Shown: positions 1 to 8,106 of the stretch, one piece after another | Numbering within the stretch: position 1 is the first letter of the stretch | Layout of the letters: each line of letters starts with the position of its first letter | IMG/VR virus record: IMGVR_UViG_3300031578_000010 | Location: 5,428-69,427 of that record | Source: a virus | Length of the DNA: 64,000 bases | Direction: 5' to 3' (one strand) | Position numbers and translations under genes: made by a program | Notes under the pieces: model-generated | Databases searched by the model: none | Told to the model about the DNA's origin: nothing | The model's input: only the letters and a program-made list of their open reading frames with translations

Positions 1-636
1 ATCATATGCCAACGAATCAGAAGTAGAAGGCCCCGCTCCGCTTGCCAATGGCGTTGCAGCCACAGCAGAAACTAAGGCTGTTCCATCGGAGCCAACGCCC
101 AAACCTGCAACAACTATTTTATAGGCATCGAGCGCAGCATTCACGGCGGCAATTACATCGTTCGCCGTGGAAATGATAGCCGGAACCGCACTTGTGGCAA
201 GGCGGACATCAACGTCGTAGCCCGTCGCCGTTTTCGTTACTGTAACGAGGATTGAAAGCGGCCCGGAGCCTGGATCTGTCAGAGAAATCCGAATATTATT
301 GCTATCCGCTCCTGGATGCTTTGCCGTCCAGAGAATAGCAAAATTCCCTGTTCCTGTAGCAAGGCTTGCAAGGACCTCCGGTTTTAAGACTCTGGAAATC
401 CACAGAGCCCTTCCCTCGTTCACGAAAAAGCCCCGAACATGTTTTGGGCCAACGAAGCCCCCGTAATATCCGCCACATTTCCTTTCGAATTCCTCCCACG
501 AGGTAACGTAGAGAGCCTTGGCGTCGCCTTTCTTTGTCCGGACGATCATTCCGCCCACGGATACAGGCACTCCCTCGATTGTCGGAGGATTCTGAAACTG
601 TTCTTCAAGATTCAGACCGACATGATACTCGGGCAT
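1..636 (-). CDS. Tail sheath protein, 5' part (runs off left edge; absent from ORF track)
   Basis: Manual translation from ATG at 636 (SD-like AAAGGGA) is open to position 1: MPEYHVGLNLEEQFQNPPTIEGVPVSVGGMIVRTKKGDAKALYVTSWEEFERKCGG..., the typical contractile sheath N-terminus; lies downstream of neck genes. Confidence 0.88.
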   Translation of the reverse strand, partial: MPEYHVGLNLEEQFQNPPTIEGVPVSVGGMIVRTKKGDAKALYVTSWEEFERKCGGYYGGFVGPKHVRGFFVNEGRALWISRVLKPEVLASLATGTGNFAILWTAKHPGADSNNIRISLTDPGSGPLSILVTVTKTATGYDVDVRLATSAVPAIISTANDVIAAVNAALDAYKIVVAGLGVGSDGTALVSAVAATPLASGAGPSTSDSLAYD

Positions 637-670
637 TTTATTCCCTTTCAGCTACTTCCTTTAATTCAAG

Positions 671-697
671 AAAAAAGGGCAAGCGTCTTTCGAGCCC
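671..697 (-). terminator. Possible intrinsic terminator/attenuator upstream of sheath gene
   Basis: Minus strand GGGC-TCGAAAGACGCTT-GCCC followed by T6; short stem. Confidence 0.35.
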
Positions 698-728
698 AAC
701 AGAAATAATAAACCTGCTGGCTTTATCG

Positions 729-1007
729 TTAGTCCGACAGGTTTTTCTTTTTCTTTGTTGTTTTTGTTCTTGTTATTTCCAGAGGCACATCTTCGGAGTG
801 CGTCCAGGTTTGCTTTATTTCAAGAACAACCTTTGGCGCATCCCGGAACGGCACAAGCCTTCTTTTCTTCAATGCCTTGGCGAAATGAGCATCGGAAACT
901 TCTCCTTCAGTCAGTTCTCTTGAAATTTCGCCAGAACTGAAATGAAGCGTATGGCCATCCAAAAAGGCCAGTGTTAAATCCCCCGGCGTGTTATTCCGGA
1001 CTTTCAT
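729..1007 (-). CDS. Small virion-module hypothetical protein
   Basis: 92-aa ORF with SD, between putative tail terminator and sheath. Confidence 0.7.
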   Translation of the reverse strand: MKVRNNTPGDLTLAFLDGHTLHFSSGEISRELTEGEVSDAHFAKALKKRRLVPFRDAPKVVLEIKQTWTHSEDVPLEITRTKTTKKKKNLSD

Positions 1008-2278
1008 CTTCTTCCTCCTCTATCTGTTTCAAATTGGATTGTTTCTGCAAGAGGGACCTCCTCATAATTAGGATCGAAATCCCGATAAATGAGTTCAAAC
1101 ACAAACTGTTTAACAGATAGCCCCTCCCTTGATATATTTTTATTCGCAAAATCAATAGTATTAACTATTTTCAGATATTCAGAAGTTGCAAGAGAAAGAA
1201 TTCTATTATTTTTTAATAACCTAATAGCCGCCCTGTTCATCTGCTCGGACAACCTTTCATCCGATGAATAAGATATTATAGTTATAGGCAGCCTATACGT
1301 AGAGGGAAAATTCCTAACTCGTGCTAAAAGTTTCGCTTTATTCTTTTCTATCTTTCTATCATCATTTTTAAAATTACTATCCTCGTTATGATCTCCAAGT
1401 TCAAGAACGAATTGAGGCAAACTTGCTAAGACATAATCAGCTTTTGCCGGCGCGATACGAATATTTATTTTAACTCTTAATCTGGCTATTATTTCACTAT
1501 TAGCCGCTTGAGGGGTGAAATTAATTATTTGAGAATAAACCTCTTCTCCCGTTTCTTTAGTTTCGACCAATGTTTTAACTAATGATAAATATATATTATT
1601 TAAATGGCCAGGATCATCTGTCTCGCTCCAAACTCCTATAACTTCTAATATTTCGGCATCCATATTAGCTATTATACTTCCTGTTATAGAGGCCAAAACC
1701 GCACCTATATCCGTTATAACCTTTAAATTTCCATCAAGATAAGTATAAACAGATCTAACAACATCTTCTTCAGGAATAAAATCAATTTCATAATGAATAG
1801 CGACTCCCCATAGACAAGGAGATGATAACCCATCTATATCAGGAGAAAGCAACGCCTTTATTTTAATCTGTTTATAGCCTCCTGCAATAAATGATAAAGT
1901 CGATATATTATTCTGAATTTCTTCTTCTGTATTCCAATCGTTAACTCCCGCAACTGACCAGGCGGCGCCATTCCAATATAAGAAAGTTGTCCCATTATTA
2001 TTAGATACTTGATATTTTATAGTTCCCAAATTTGCATCATCTTCATCCAAATTATAAAAAGAATGCTCCTCAAAACTCCACAATTCGGTCAAAGAATTAA
2101 TTATTAAATTAGGAAATTCAATAGTAGCCTCAACCTGATATTTCCCTTCTTTACCAAAAGATATTTCATCATTGCCATCTGTAGGAAATAATGACGCAAA
2201 TTTAGAAACGGCTATCTTTACCTCGTCATAAACAAGGGATTCTTTCTCTTCATCGATCATTAAATAACGAGTTGCCAT
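1004..2278 (-). CDS. Putative tail terminator/tail-completion protein with N-terminal beta-rich extension
   Basis: 424 aa; position directly before sheath; C-terminal half has alternating beta/helix pattern like tail terminators; function inferred from synteny. Confidence 0.5.
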   Translation of the reverse strand: MATRYLMIDEEKESLVYDEVKIAVSKFASLFPTDGNDEISFGKEGKYQVEATIEFPNLIINSLTELWSFEEHSFYNLDEDDANLGTIKYQVSNNNGTTFLYWNGAAWSVAGVNDWNTEEEIQNNISTLSFIAGGYKQIKIKALLSPDIDGLSSPCLWGVAIHYEIDFIPEEDVVRSVYTYLDGNLKVITDIGAVLASITGSIIANMDAEILEVIGVWSETDDPGHLNNIYLSLVKTLVETKETGEEVYSQIINFTPQAANSEIIARLRVKINIRIAPAKADYVLASLPQFVLELGDHNEDSNFKNDDRKIEKNKAKLLARVRNFPSTYRLPITIISYSSDERLSEQMNRAAIRLLKNNRILSLATSEYLKIVNTIDFANKNISREGLSVKQFVFELIYRDFDPNYEEVPLAETIQFETDRGGRR

Positions 2279-2880
2279 TAAATTCCCTTTGTCAAAGAAA
2301 GAATCGCCGCCCTAAATCCTGCCTCATAGATAGCAAAAATTACTGCTTCACTCTCTTTTAAAGCCGGACCAATAAAAGGCCGCGGCTGAATTCTGACAAC
2401 CTTGAAAAGTACAAAATCCTCTCCCCTTATCAAGCCCGGATCTTTAGGGCGCACTCCCTTTTTTAATGGAACAAATAATGACTTGGCATTTTTAGGGAGA
2501 ATAATAGTTTCATGTGGTTTGCCTATTTCTCCCCCTTCTAACACTCTGGCAATTAGTGCTAAAGAAGTCCCTGTTTCACTATCCGTCAAACCATTAGGGA
2601 CCCCAACAAAAACATCCAGAGGTGATAGCTGTATTTTAGTAATGGAATTAAAAAGATCCCCATTGTCTATCAAAGGGCTTGAACTCCCTTTTCTCGCAAT
2701 AGTAATAGGATGATTAGGAGGACTACTTATAGATCTTATTTTCTTTTTTATAGCCCTTACAAGTGTTAAACCCGCTCTATTTATAGCAACAGACATATAT
2801 TTATTTGTAGCATTTACAAGTTTAGGAACGCTTAGGGTTCTCTCAAGCTTCTTCCAATCTCCAATTCTAACAAGCATCAA
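2278..2880 (-). CDS. Neck/tail-completion protein (HK97 gp10-like virion morphogenesis family)
   Basis: Motif PPNHPITIARKGSSSPLIDNGDLFNSI is characteristic of this family; position in neck block. Confidence 0.75.
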   Translation of the reverse strand: MMLVRIGDWKKLERTLSVPKLVNATNKYMSVAINRAGLTLVRAIKKKIRSISSPPNHPITIARKGSSSPLIDNGDLFNSITKIQLSPLDVFVGVPNGLTDSETGTSLALIARVLEGGEIGKPHETIILPKNAKSLFVPLKKGVRPKDPGLIRGEDFVLFKVVRIQPRPFIGPALKESEAVIFAIYEAGFRAAILSLTKGI

Positions 2881-3311
2881 GGCATTCCTAACAATTCCTT
2901 TGGCCTATCAAAGAAAATCATTACTAACCTTGCTTTATTTTTAAGAAAACCTGCGTTTCTAACCTCCGTTATGGCATAATTATTAACTACATCTCCCGCT
3001 ATCTTTGTAATTAAATCTCCCTTTTGAGGCTTTATTGACAGATCATCGAAATCACTTCTTCGCATAGTTAAATGGGCAGCGGTTTGAGGAGAATCTCCGA
3101 TATTAGTTTCAACCTCATCTTCCTGCCTTTCAAAATATACTTGTGCCCTTAAATTTAAAATATTCCCAGTGTCAGGACCGTCCCAATTTTCCCGCCCTTT
3201 TGGCCTTTTATATACAGGATCCATTGCCGGCCTATTGCGACCAGTTACACGATCCTTTCTAAGAAGGAGTTTTATTTCAACATCGACTAAATTTAATCTT
3301 TGAGGAATCAT
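2877..3311 (-). CDS. Putative head-closure (stopper) protein
   Basis: 144 aa, beta-rich (PQKGDLITKIAG...YAITEVR); synteny adaptor-closure-neck. Confidence 0.6.
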   Translation of the reverse strand: MIPQRLNLVDVEIKLLLRKDRVTGRNRPAMDPVYKRPKGRENWDGPDTGNILNLRAQVYFERQEDEVETNIGDSPQTAAHLTMRRSDFDDLSIKPQKGDLITKIAGDVVNNYAITEVRNAGFLKNKARLVMIFFDRPKELLGMP

Positions 3312-3313
3312 AA

Positions 3314-4255
3314 TCAGACTAAATCAACATGATGAGGTTCTGCAAATTTAGATAACTGACTATCAACCATAGGATCGCCAGTAATGCCCACGCCCCCACC
3401 ATCTTTATCCCCGAACAAGGTATAAGAATATCTATCCGTTTTCTCGCTTTTCAATTTAGTTGCCCCGACTGCCTCATCATAATCATCAGAATATATTTCT
3501 GGCATTAATTTCTTTACTAATAATATAGTTGCCCTTTCTATTAATCTTGGAACTGCACCAAAAGAAAGGACTCGACTTGCCACAGGAACGTCTGCCCCAT
3601 TAATAGTCTCAATAGCATCAAATTCAACAGTTTTTGTCGCCCTATCAATAGTGTGTATTATAGCCGTTCCTAAGACCTCGCGAGTGCTATCAGCCTTTTC
3701 AAATATAATAACATCCCGCACTTTTAAACCATCAGTTGATACAAGAACAACCTCCTCGTCCGTATCCTCTATTAAAGTTCCTGTTGTGGTAAGAACAGAA
3801 GGAACCGCATAATTTCGAGATGATTTTCCAAACCAATCCATATAACCAGTATAGCAATCAACAACAACATTACCTCTTCCAGCAAATAAATTACTAAATA
3901 ATAATTCAATATACCTCCCTCTGATAACGAATTCGTCCGGATTATATACTGTCCTATCAGCATTTCCTAATAATATATCTATTCGGGAGGGGAGTTCCTC
4001 TCCCGAAACAGAAGCTGTAAATTCCAGCCCGAATTCCAAAACTTCAAGGAACGGAATCCTATTAGAAAAATAGATGATAGAAGAGCCGCCCCCGTCGAGC
4101 CTTTTTTTATCTCGCACAGGGACAAACCATTGACCAAGCAGGTCAGAAAGATATTCCGAAGCCTCTTGAATTTTTAACTTGGCATCCGCATTAGACAAAG
4201 AGGCTATGGGAAACCCTTCCTGCCTTAGCCGATAAATGGTGGTGTATTCTAACAT
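3314..4255 (-). CDS. Putative head-tail adaptor with internal beta-rich insertion
   Basis: Helical N-terminus (IQEASEYLSDLLGQWF), late VPRLIERATILL and KSEKTDRYSYT motifs typical of adaptors; synteny. Confidence 0.65.
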   Translation of the reverse strand: MLEYTTIYRLRQEGFPIASLSNADAKLKIQEASEYLSDLLGQWFVPVRDKKRLDGGGSSIIYFSNRIPFLEVLEFGLEFTASVSGEELPSRIDILLGNADRTVYNPDEFVIRGRYIELLFSNLFAGRGNVVVDCYTGYMDWFGKSSRNYAVPSVLTTTGTLIEDTDEEVVLVSTDGLKVRDVIIFEKADSTREVLGTAIIHTIDRATKTVEFDAIETINGADVPVASRVLSFGAVPRLIERATILLVKKLMPEIYSDDYDEAVGATKLKSEKTDRYSYTLFGDKDGGGVGITGDPMVDSQLSKFAEPHHVDLV

Positions 4256-4267
4256 CTGTTTTCACCT

Positions 4268-4693
4268 TTACAGATCTTCGTCGTTCCAGGCATCTTCCTC
4301 GGGCTCTGATTCCCTTTTCTTCTTTTTCTTTCCCTTTTTCTTTGGTTTATCCGAAGTCATAACCTCGGATTTTTCTCCAACCTCGTTAACCGTTTCTGAG
4401 GCAGGAGGCATCCCACGAAGGTCTGGCGGTTCGGTTTTGGAGTAACTAAGCGGCTTTGCTATTCCACTTCCGGAACTCTTCAGGGCGGTTCCGCCCGCGC
4501 TGCACTCGATTAAATCGGTCTTTGACCGAAATAATTCTAAGTCGCACGGCAACGTAACTTTTGCCGGCACTTTCTTCGAGAAAGCATACCGATGGCCAAG
4601 AGTTCCCAAAAAGGCATAGCTTTCCGCAAATCGCGGAACGAAATAAGCCGCCTCTTCCTCCTTCCCCCTCTGTCCGAGATCCTTGTCCGCCAT
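4268..4693 (-). CDS. Hypothetical virion-module protein with charged C-terminal tail
   Basis: 141 aa, SD AGGAG, same GC-rich codon style as capsid genes. Confidence 0.7.
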   Translation of the reverse strand: MADKDLGQRGKEEEAAYFVPRFAESYAFLGTLGHRYAFSKKVPAKVTLPCDLELFRSKTDLIECSAGGTALKSSGSGIAKPLSYSKTEPPDLRGMPPASETVNEVGEKSEVMTSDKPKKKGKKKKKRESEPEEDAWNDEDL

Positions 4694-4723
4694 TTGAATT
4701 CTCCTTTAAAAGTTGAAAGCGGG

Positions 4724-5785
4724 TTAGACGCCAATTCCCAGGCGCTTGTCCAGGCCGTCAGCAGCCGTTGTTCCGATTGTCACGGCGCCACCTGTTCCAA
4801 GGGCGGTGCCTGCGTGAGCAGAATCCGCCTTTGAATGTACGGAGGAGATTATTCGGTGCGCCTCGTATTGCGCCCGAATATCGACGACCAGAGGAACGAC
4901 ATCCTCATAGCCCGTCGCACCTGCCACAGTAACGCTAGAAACCGAATCGGCATCGAGGTGCGCGCCAGCGTTAGCGAAATGAATGTTCAGCGTTGCCTTG
5001 AGGGCATTGGCGAGCGCAAAGCATGTGGCCTCATCCGACATGTTGGCCGTTCCTTCTGCGGCGCCAGGATTAGGATGTACGCCCAAGTCGGCCGTGTGCA
5101 GGTTATAGAGCGTTTTGATTCCGTTCAGTTCGGTCGTCAGGATCGCGAGTTCCGTTCCTGCATCTGCCGCAGTTACAGTATTCGGATCCCCGGCGCCGGC
5201 ATGGCAGGAACCAACGACGTAGACGTGGTGGAGATTGTATTCCGCCTTGATGTCGTTGGCGAGCGTAATCACGCTGTCCCAATCGGTCGAAGGCGGAGCC
5301 GAAAGGGCGTTCGCCGCATCAGCGCCACCGTGTACGGCGGGCGCACCAGATACGTCGACGCGATGCGCCTCGTACTGGATAGCCAAATCGTTCACCAGAG
5401 CGACCGCTTCGGCTTCATCCGTTGCGGGATACGTTGCTGTCACGGCATTGGTATCCACGGAACCATGGCAGGTGGTGACGTTGAGCCTGTGCGCAAGGTA
5501 TTGAACGTGCAAGTCGTTCACCAGCGCCAGGATATCCACCGTCGGATCGGTTGCGGCAGGGGCAGTGATCGGGTTTGCAGAATCTGCCTCAACGTGAACT
5601 CCCGATGCCGCCCGATGCAGATTGTATTGTGCTATGAACGCATCGAGCGCAGTCTGCACCGCCGCAACCCGAGTATTCAGCGCGCCCAAATCTCCCACGA
5701 TGGACCGCAAGGCTCGCGCCACGCCTGCGTCCAGGTAACTCCCTCCATCGCCAAGATTCTGAGGGATCTCGAATTCAGCGGTCAT
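4724..5785 (-). CDS. Putative capsid decoration/head fibre protein with about 7 His-containing internal repeats
   Basis: Directly after MCP; repeats of L-x-N-x-[LI]-x-x-x-Y-x-x-H...H-x-x-x-D; SD GGAGG. Confidence 0.6.
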   Translation of the reverse strand: MTAEFEIPQNLGDGGSYLDAGVARALRSIVGDLGALNTRVAAVQTALDAFIAQYNLHRAASGVHVEADSANPITAPAATDPTVDILALVNDLHVQYLAHRLNVTTCHGSVDTNAVTATYPATDEAEAVALVNDLAIQYEAHRVDVSGAPAVHGGADAANALSAPPSTDWDSVITLANDIKAEYNLHHVYVVGSCHAGAGDPNTVTAADAGTELAILTTELNGIKTLYNLHTADLGVHPNPGAAEGTANMSDEATCFALANALKATLNIHFANAGAHLDADSVSSVTVAGATGYEDVVPLVVDIRAQYEAHRIISSVHSKADSAHAGTALGTGGAVTIGTTAADGLDKRLGIGV

Positions 5786-5820
5786 CTTATTTCCTCCAGT
5801 TCAAATCGGTTTAACGAAAT

Positions 5821-5847
5821 GGCCTACTAATTACTATTAGTAGGGCC
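5821..5847 (-). terminator. Hairpin overlapping MCP stop codons (possible attenuator)
   Basis: GGCCTACTAA / TTAGTAGGGCC inverted repeat containing TAA TAG TAA stops; weak U tail. Confidence 0.35.
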
Positions 5848-7123
5848 GGCGACGGATATTGATCGCCTTCACGACCTTATCCAGGCTTTCGACCTGGCTA
5901 TCCGTCTCGTTGATTACGACCGTCTCCCAACGGGCATAATCCTTATTCCATTCCGTGTAAACCTCTGTTTTGTCCAGGTTGCCCCAAATGAAATTGAGCG
6001 GATTTGCAAGCCACGCGATGCAGCCGTCGTTCAGCGTTCCTGCGCCTCCCGCGTCGGTCCCGACATAGGCGGCGACTGCAACTCCCAGCGTTGCCCACCC
6101 GTTTCCTGCGCCGATAGTCAGCGTTGCGCCCGAACCCGACGTCGGGTGCTGGAGATAGAGATGGCCGAAACCGTCATCCTGTGCGATGAGAGTTTCGAGT
6201 CCGGTTGCTGCCTTCAGGAGCGCGGCGACCTCATGGGCAGAGAAAACGCCCTGCGGCAGCGTGCAAGTTACGGCGCCTGCTCCGAGGTTAACGACGAGCG
6301 TGTCGTTCGTTCCTGTCACGACGTTCCACGGCCCCTGCGTCGTTCCGAGAATATGCCCTGCCGTCGCCACCGTGACATTGATGGACTTGCGTGAAGGCAT
6401 GAGAGGAATCGAAATGATCGGAACACCGAAAGGCGCCTCGACGTTCCCCTTGTACGCCCTCTCACCGATCGCGTCGATTCTTTCCGAGTTGATTTCGACC
6501 CAATCGATCTGAAGAGACCGCGGCACGAAGAACCGAAGACCCGTATCGTCCTGATACGAATCCGGGAGCCTCCTGATCATGTTCGCGAAGAGAGTTTTTG
6601 AAATGAACTGGGCGACATGGTCGAGGATATGGGCGCCGTCCGTGATCTTGTCCAACCCGTCGTTGATCAGGAGCAGGTTAGCGATTGGCGTACCTGCGCT
6701 GATGGTATCGTCGCCGTTGATGTGCAGGTTTTCCATATCGGTCGCGATCTGAGCCATCATCGCTTCCGAAACCTGCTGCACAAGGCGCTCGCGGGAAACG
6801 TTCCGGCGAATTGCGCGGCGGGTGATGTGGTAACTGGAAACCATTTCCGCCGTTTCGAGGGAAACGTTGTTGATCAGCGGCGTCCCGGTTTCCGAAATGA
6901 GAGAGTTGTCCGTCAGCCCGACGGTGATCGGCTCACCCACGTGGAGCTTCGGAATTTCAACGCGAGGGTTATCCATGATTTCCGTCCGGCAGAGGGGGAT
7001 AAGCTTCGTGAAACGCCGAACGTAACTCAGGAAAACATCGCGCTGCTTCGCGTTCAGGAGCCCGCCGTTCAGGAAGGAACTTCCTGTAACAGCTTTGTGG
7101 ATCATCTGGTCGTTTCCGTCCAT
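5837..7123 (-). CDS. Major capsid protein (HK97 fold) with about 115-aa insertion domain
   Basis: GGLLNAKQRDVFL...RVEIPKL, QIATDMENLHINGD, PFGVPIISIPLMP, WLANPLNFIWG; start moved to ATG 7123 with SD GAAGGAG; follows scaffold. Confidence 0.9.
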   Translation of the reverse strand: MDGNDQMIHKAVTGSSFLNGGLLNAKQRDVFLSYVRRFTKLIPLCRTEIMDNPRVEIPKLHVGEPITVGLTDNSLISETGTPLINNVSLETAEMVSSYHITRRAIRRNVSRERLVQQVSEAMMAQIATDMENLHINGDDTISAGTPIANLLLINDGLDKITDGAHILDHVAQFISKTLFANMIRRLPDSYQDDTGLRFFVPRSLQIDWVEINSERIDAIGERAYKGNVEAPFGVPIISIPLMPSRKSINVTVATAGHILGTTQGPWNVVTGTNDTLVVNLGAGAVTCTLPQGVFSAHEVAALLKAATGLETLIAQDDGFGHLYLQHPTSGSGATLTIGAGNGWATLGVAVAAYVGTDAGGAGTLNDGCIAWLANPLNFIWGNLDKTEVYTEWNKDYARWETVVINETDSQVESLDKVVKAINIRRRPY

Positions 7124-7189
7124 TTTTAATCTCCTTCTATTTGGAAACACTTTTTTTACAGATAAAGAGGTTCCGCTTTTCTTTGCGGA

Positions 7190-8092
7190 TTAGAAATCCT
7201 TGACAGTGTTGAAGATCGAGAAGAAGGGATTCTCCTCGTTCGTCACATCGGCATCCACCTCTTCGTGCCCGTAATTCCTCTCATACGGCTTCTCATCGCC
7301 GCCCTTCTTTTCCTTGTTGCCCGTTTCGGCTCCGCCCAGAGCCTTTTCGATGGTCTCGACCCGCTTGAAAACGCCACCGAACTCCTCTTTGGCTGCTTCC
7401 TGGAAGAGTTTCACGAGCTCCTTGGCCCGATCGTCCAGCGCCTTCGTCAGCTCCTCCTTGATCTCCTTTGCGATCTCCTCCTTTGCGACGTCCAACGTCT
7501 TTTTCAGTTCTTCTTTCTCCACGGCACCTTCCTCCTTTTTTTCCTCCGCGCCGCCTTTGGGCTCGTCTTTCTTCCGCATCTCGGCTACGGCTGCGGAAAT
7601 ATCCTTCAATTCCTTGGCCATTTCCTCGAATTTTTTCATGACTTTTTCCTCGTCCTTCGCCAGCTTATCGTCGCCGGCAGTCGCTTCGCCCTTTTGGGCT
7701 GCGGAAGGATAACTGGAGAGGATGCCTTCGAGGATTTGAATGATCGCCCGATACTCTCCGGCGACCGCTTTCGGGAGGGGCGCCTTGTCCGCCTTTTCGA
7801 CGCCCTCTTCTCCTGCCTGCTCGCCCTTCTTCTGCATTCCTTCCAGGTTAGAAGCGAGGGAAATCAGGCGTTCAATTGCCGACTGCGTCTTCTTCAACAC
7901 AGCCGCAAGAACCGGAGCGGGAATATCCTGTTTTTCGATTCCCGTTCCTTCCTCGTTTGTACCACCCATGGCTTTTCCTCCATCGCGTTTCACGATAGCG
8001 AACCGTTTTTTGTTCGCGGGAATATCCACCAAGGATACCTCGCGAGGATCTATGTCCTTTAGATCCCACTTATATCCCTCGTCCGTCGCCAT
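7190..8092 (-). CDS. Scaffolding protein with N-terminal prohead-protease fragment (EVSLVDIPAN)
   Basis: E/K/A-rich coiled-coil body; N-terminal LKDIDPREVSLVDIPANKKRF matches the HK97-type protease EVSLVxxPAN motif; SD AGGAGG. Confidence 0.8.
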   Translation of the reverse strand: MATDEGYKWDLKDIDPREVSLVDIPANKKRFAIVKRDGGKAMGGTNEEGTGIEKQDIPAPVLAAVLKKTQSAIERLISLASNLEGMQKKGEQAGEEGVEKADKAPLPKAVAGEYRAIIQILEGILSSYPSAAQKGEATAGDDKLAKDEEKVMKKFEEMAKELKDISAAVAEMRKKDEPKGGAEEKKEEGAVEKEELKKTLDVAKEEIAKEIKEELTKALDDRAKELVKLFQEAAKEEFGGVFKRVETIEKALGGAETGNKEKKGGDEKPYERNYGHEEVDADVTNEENPFFSIFNTVKDF

Positions 8093-8106
8093 TTCTTGCC
8101 TCCTTT

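Noticed and set aside
302-923. Track ORFs 302-499, 439-708, 534-923
   Set aside because: Alternative frames or antisense of the tail sheath gene (1-636), which the track missed because it runs off the edge
4835-5830. 331-aa plus-strand ORF
   Set aside because: Antisense shadow of the GC-rich decoration gene; no SD or recognisable motifs; GC-rich codon bias suppresses antisense stops
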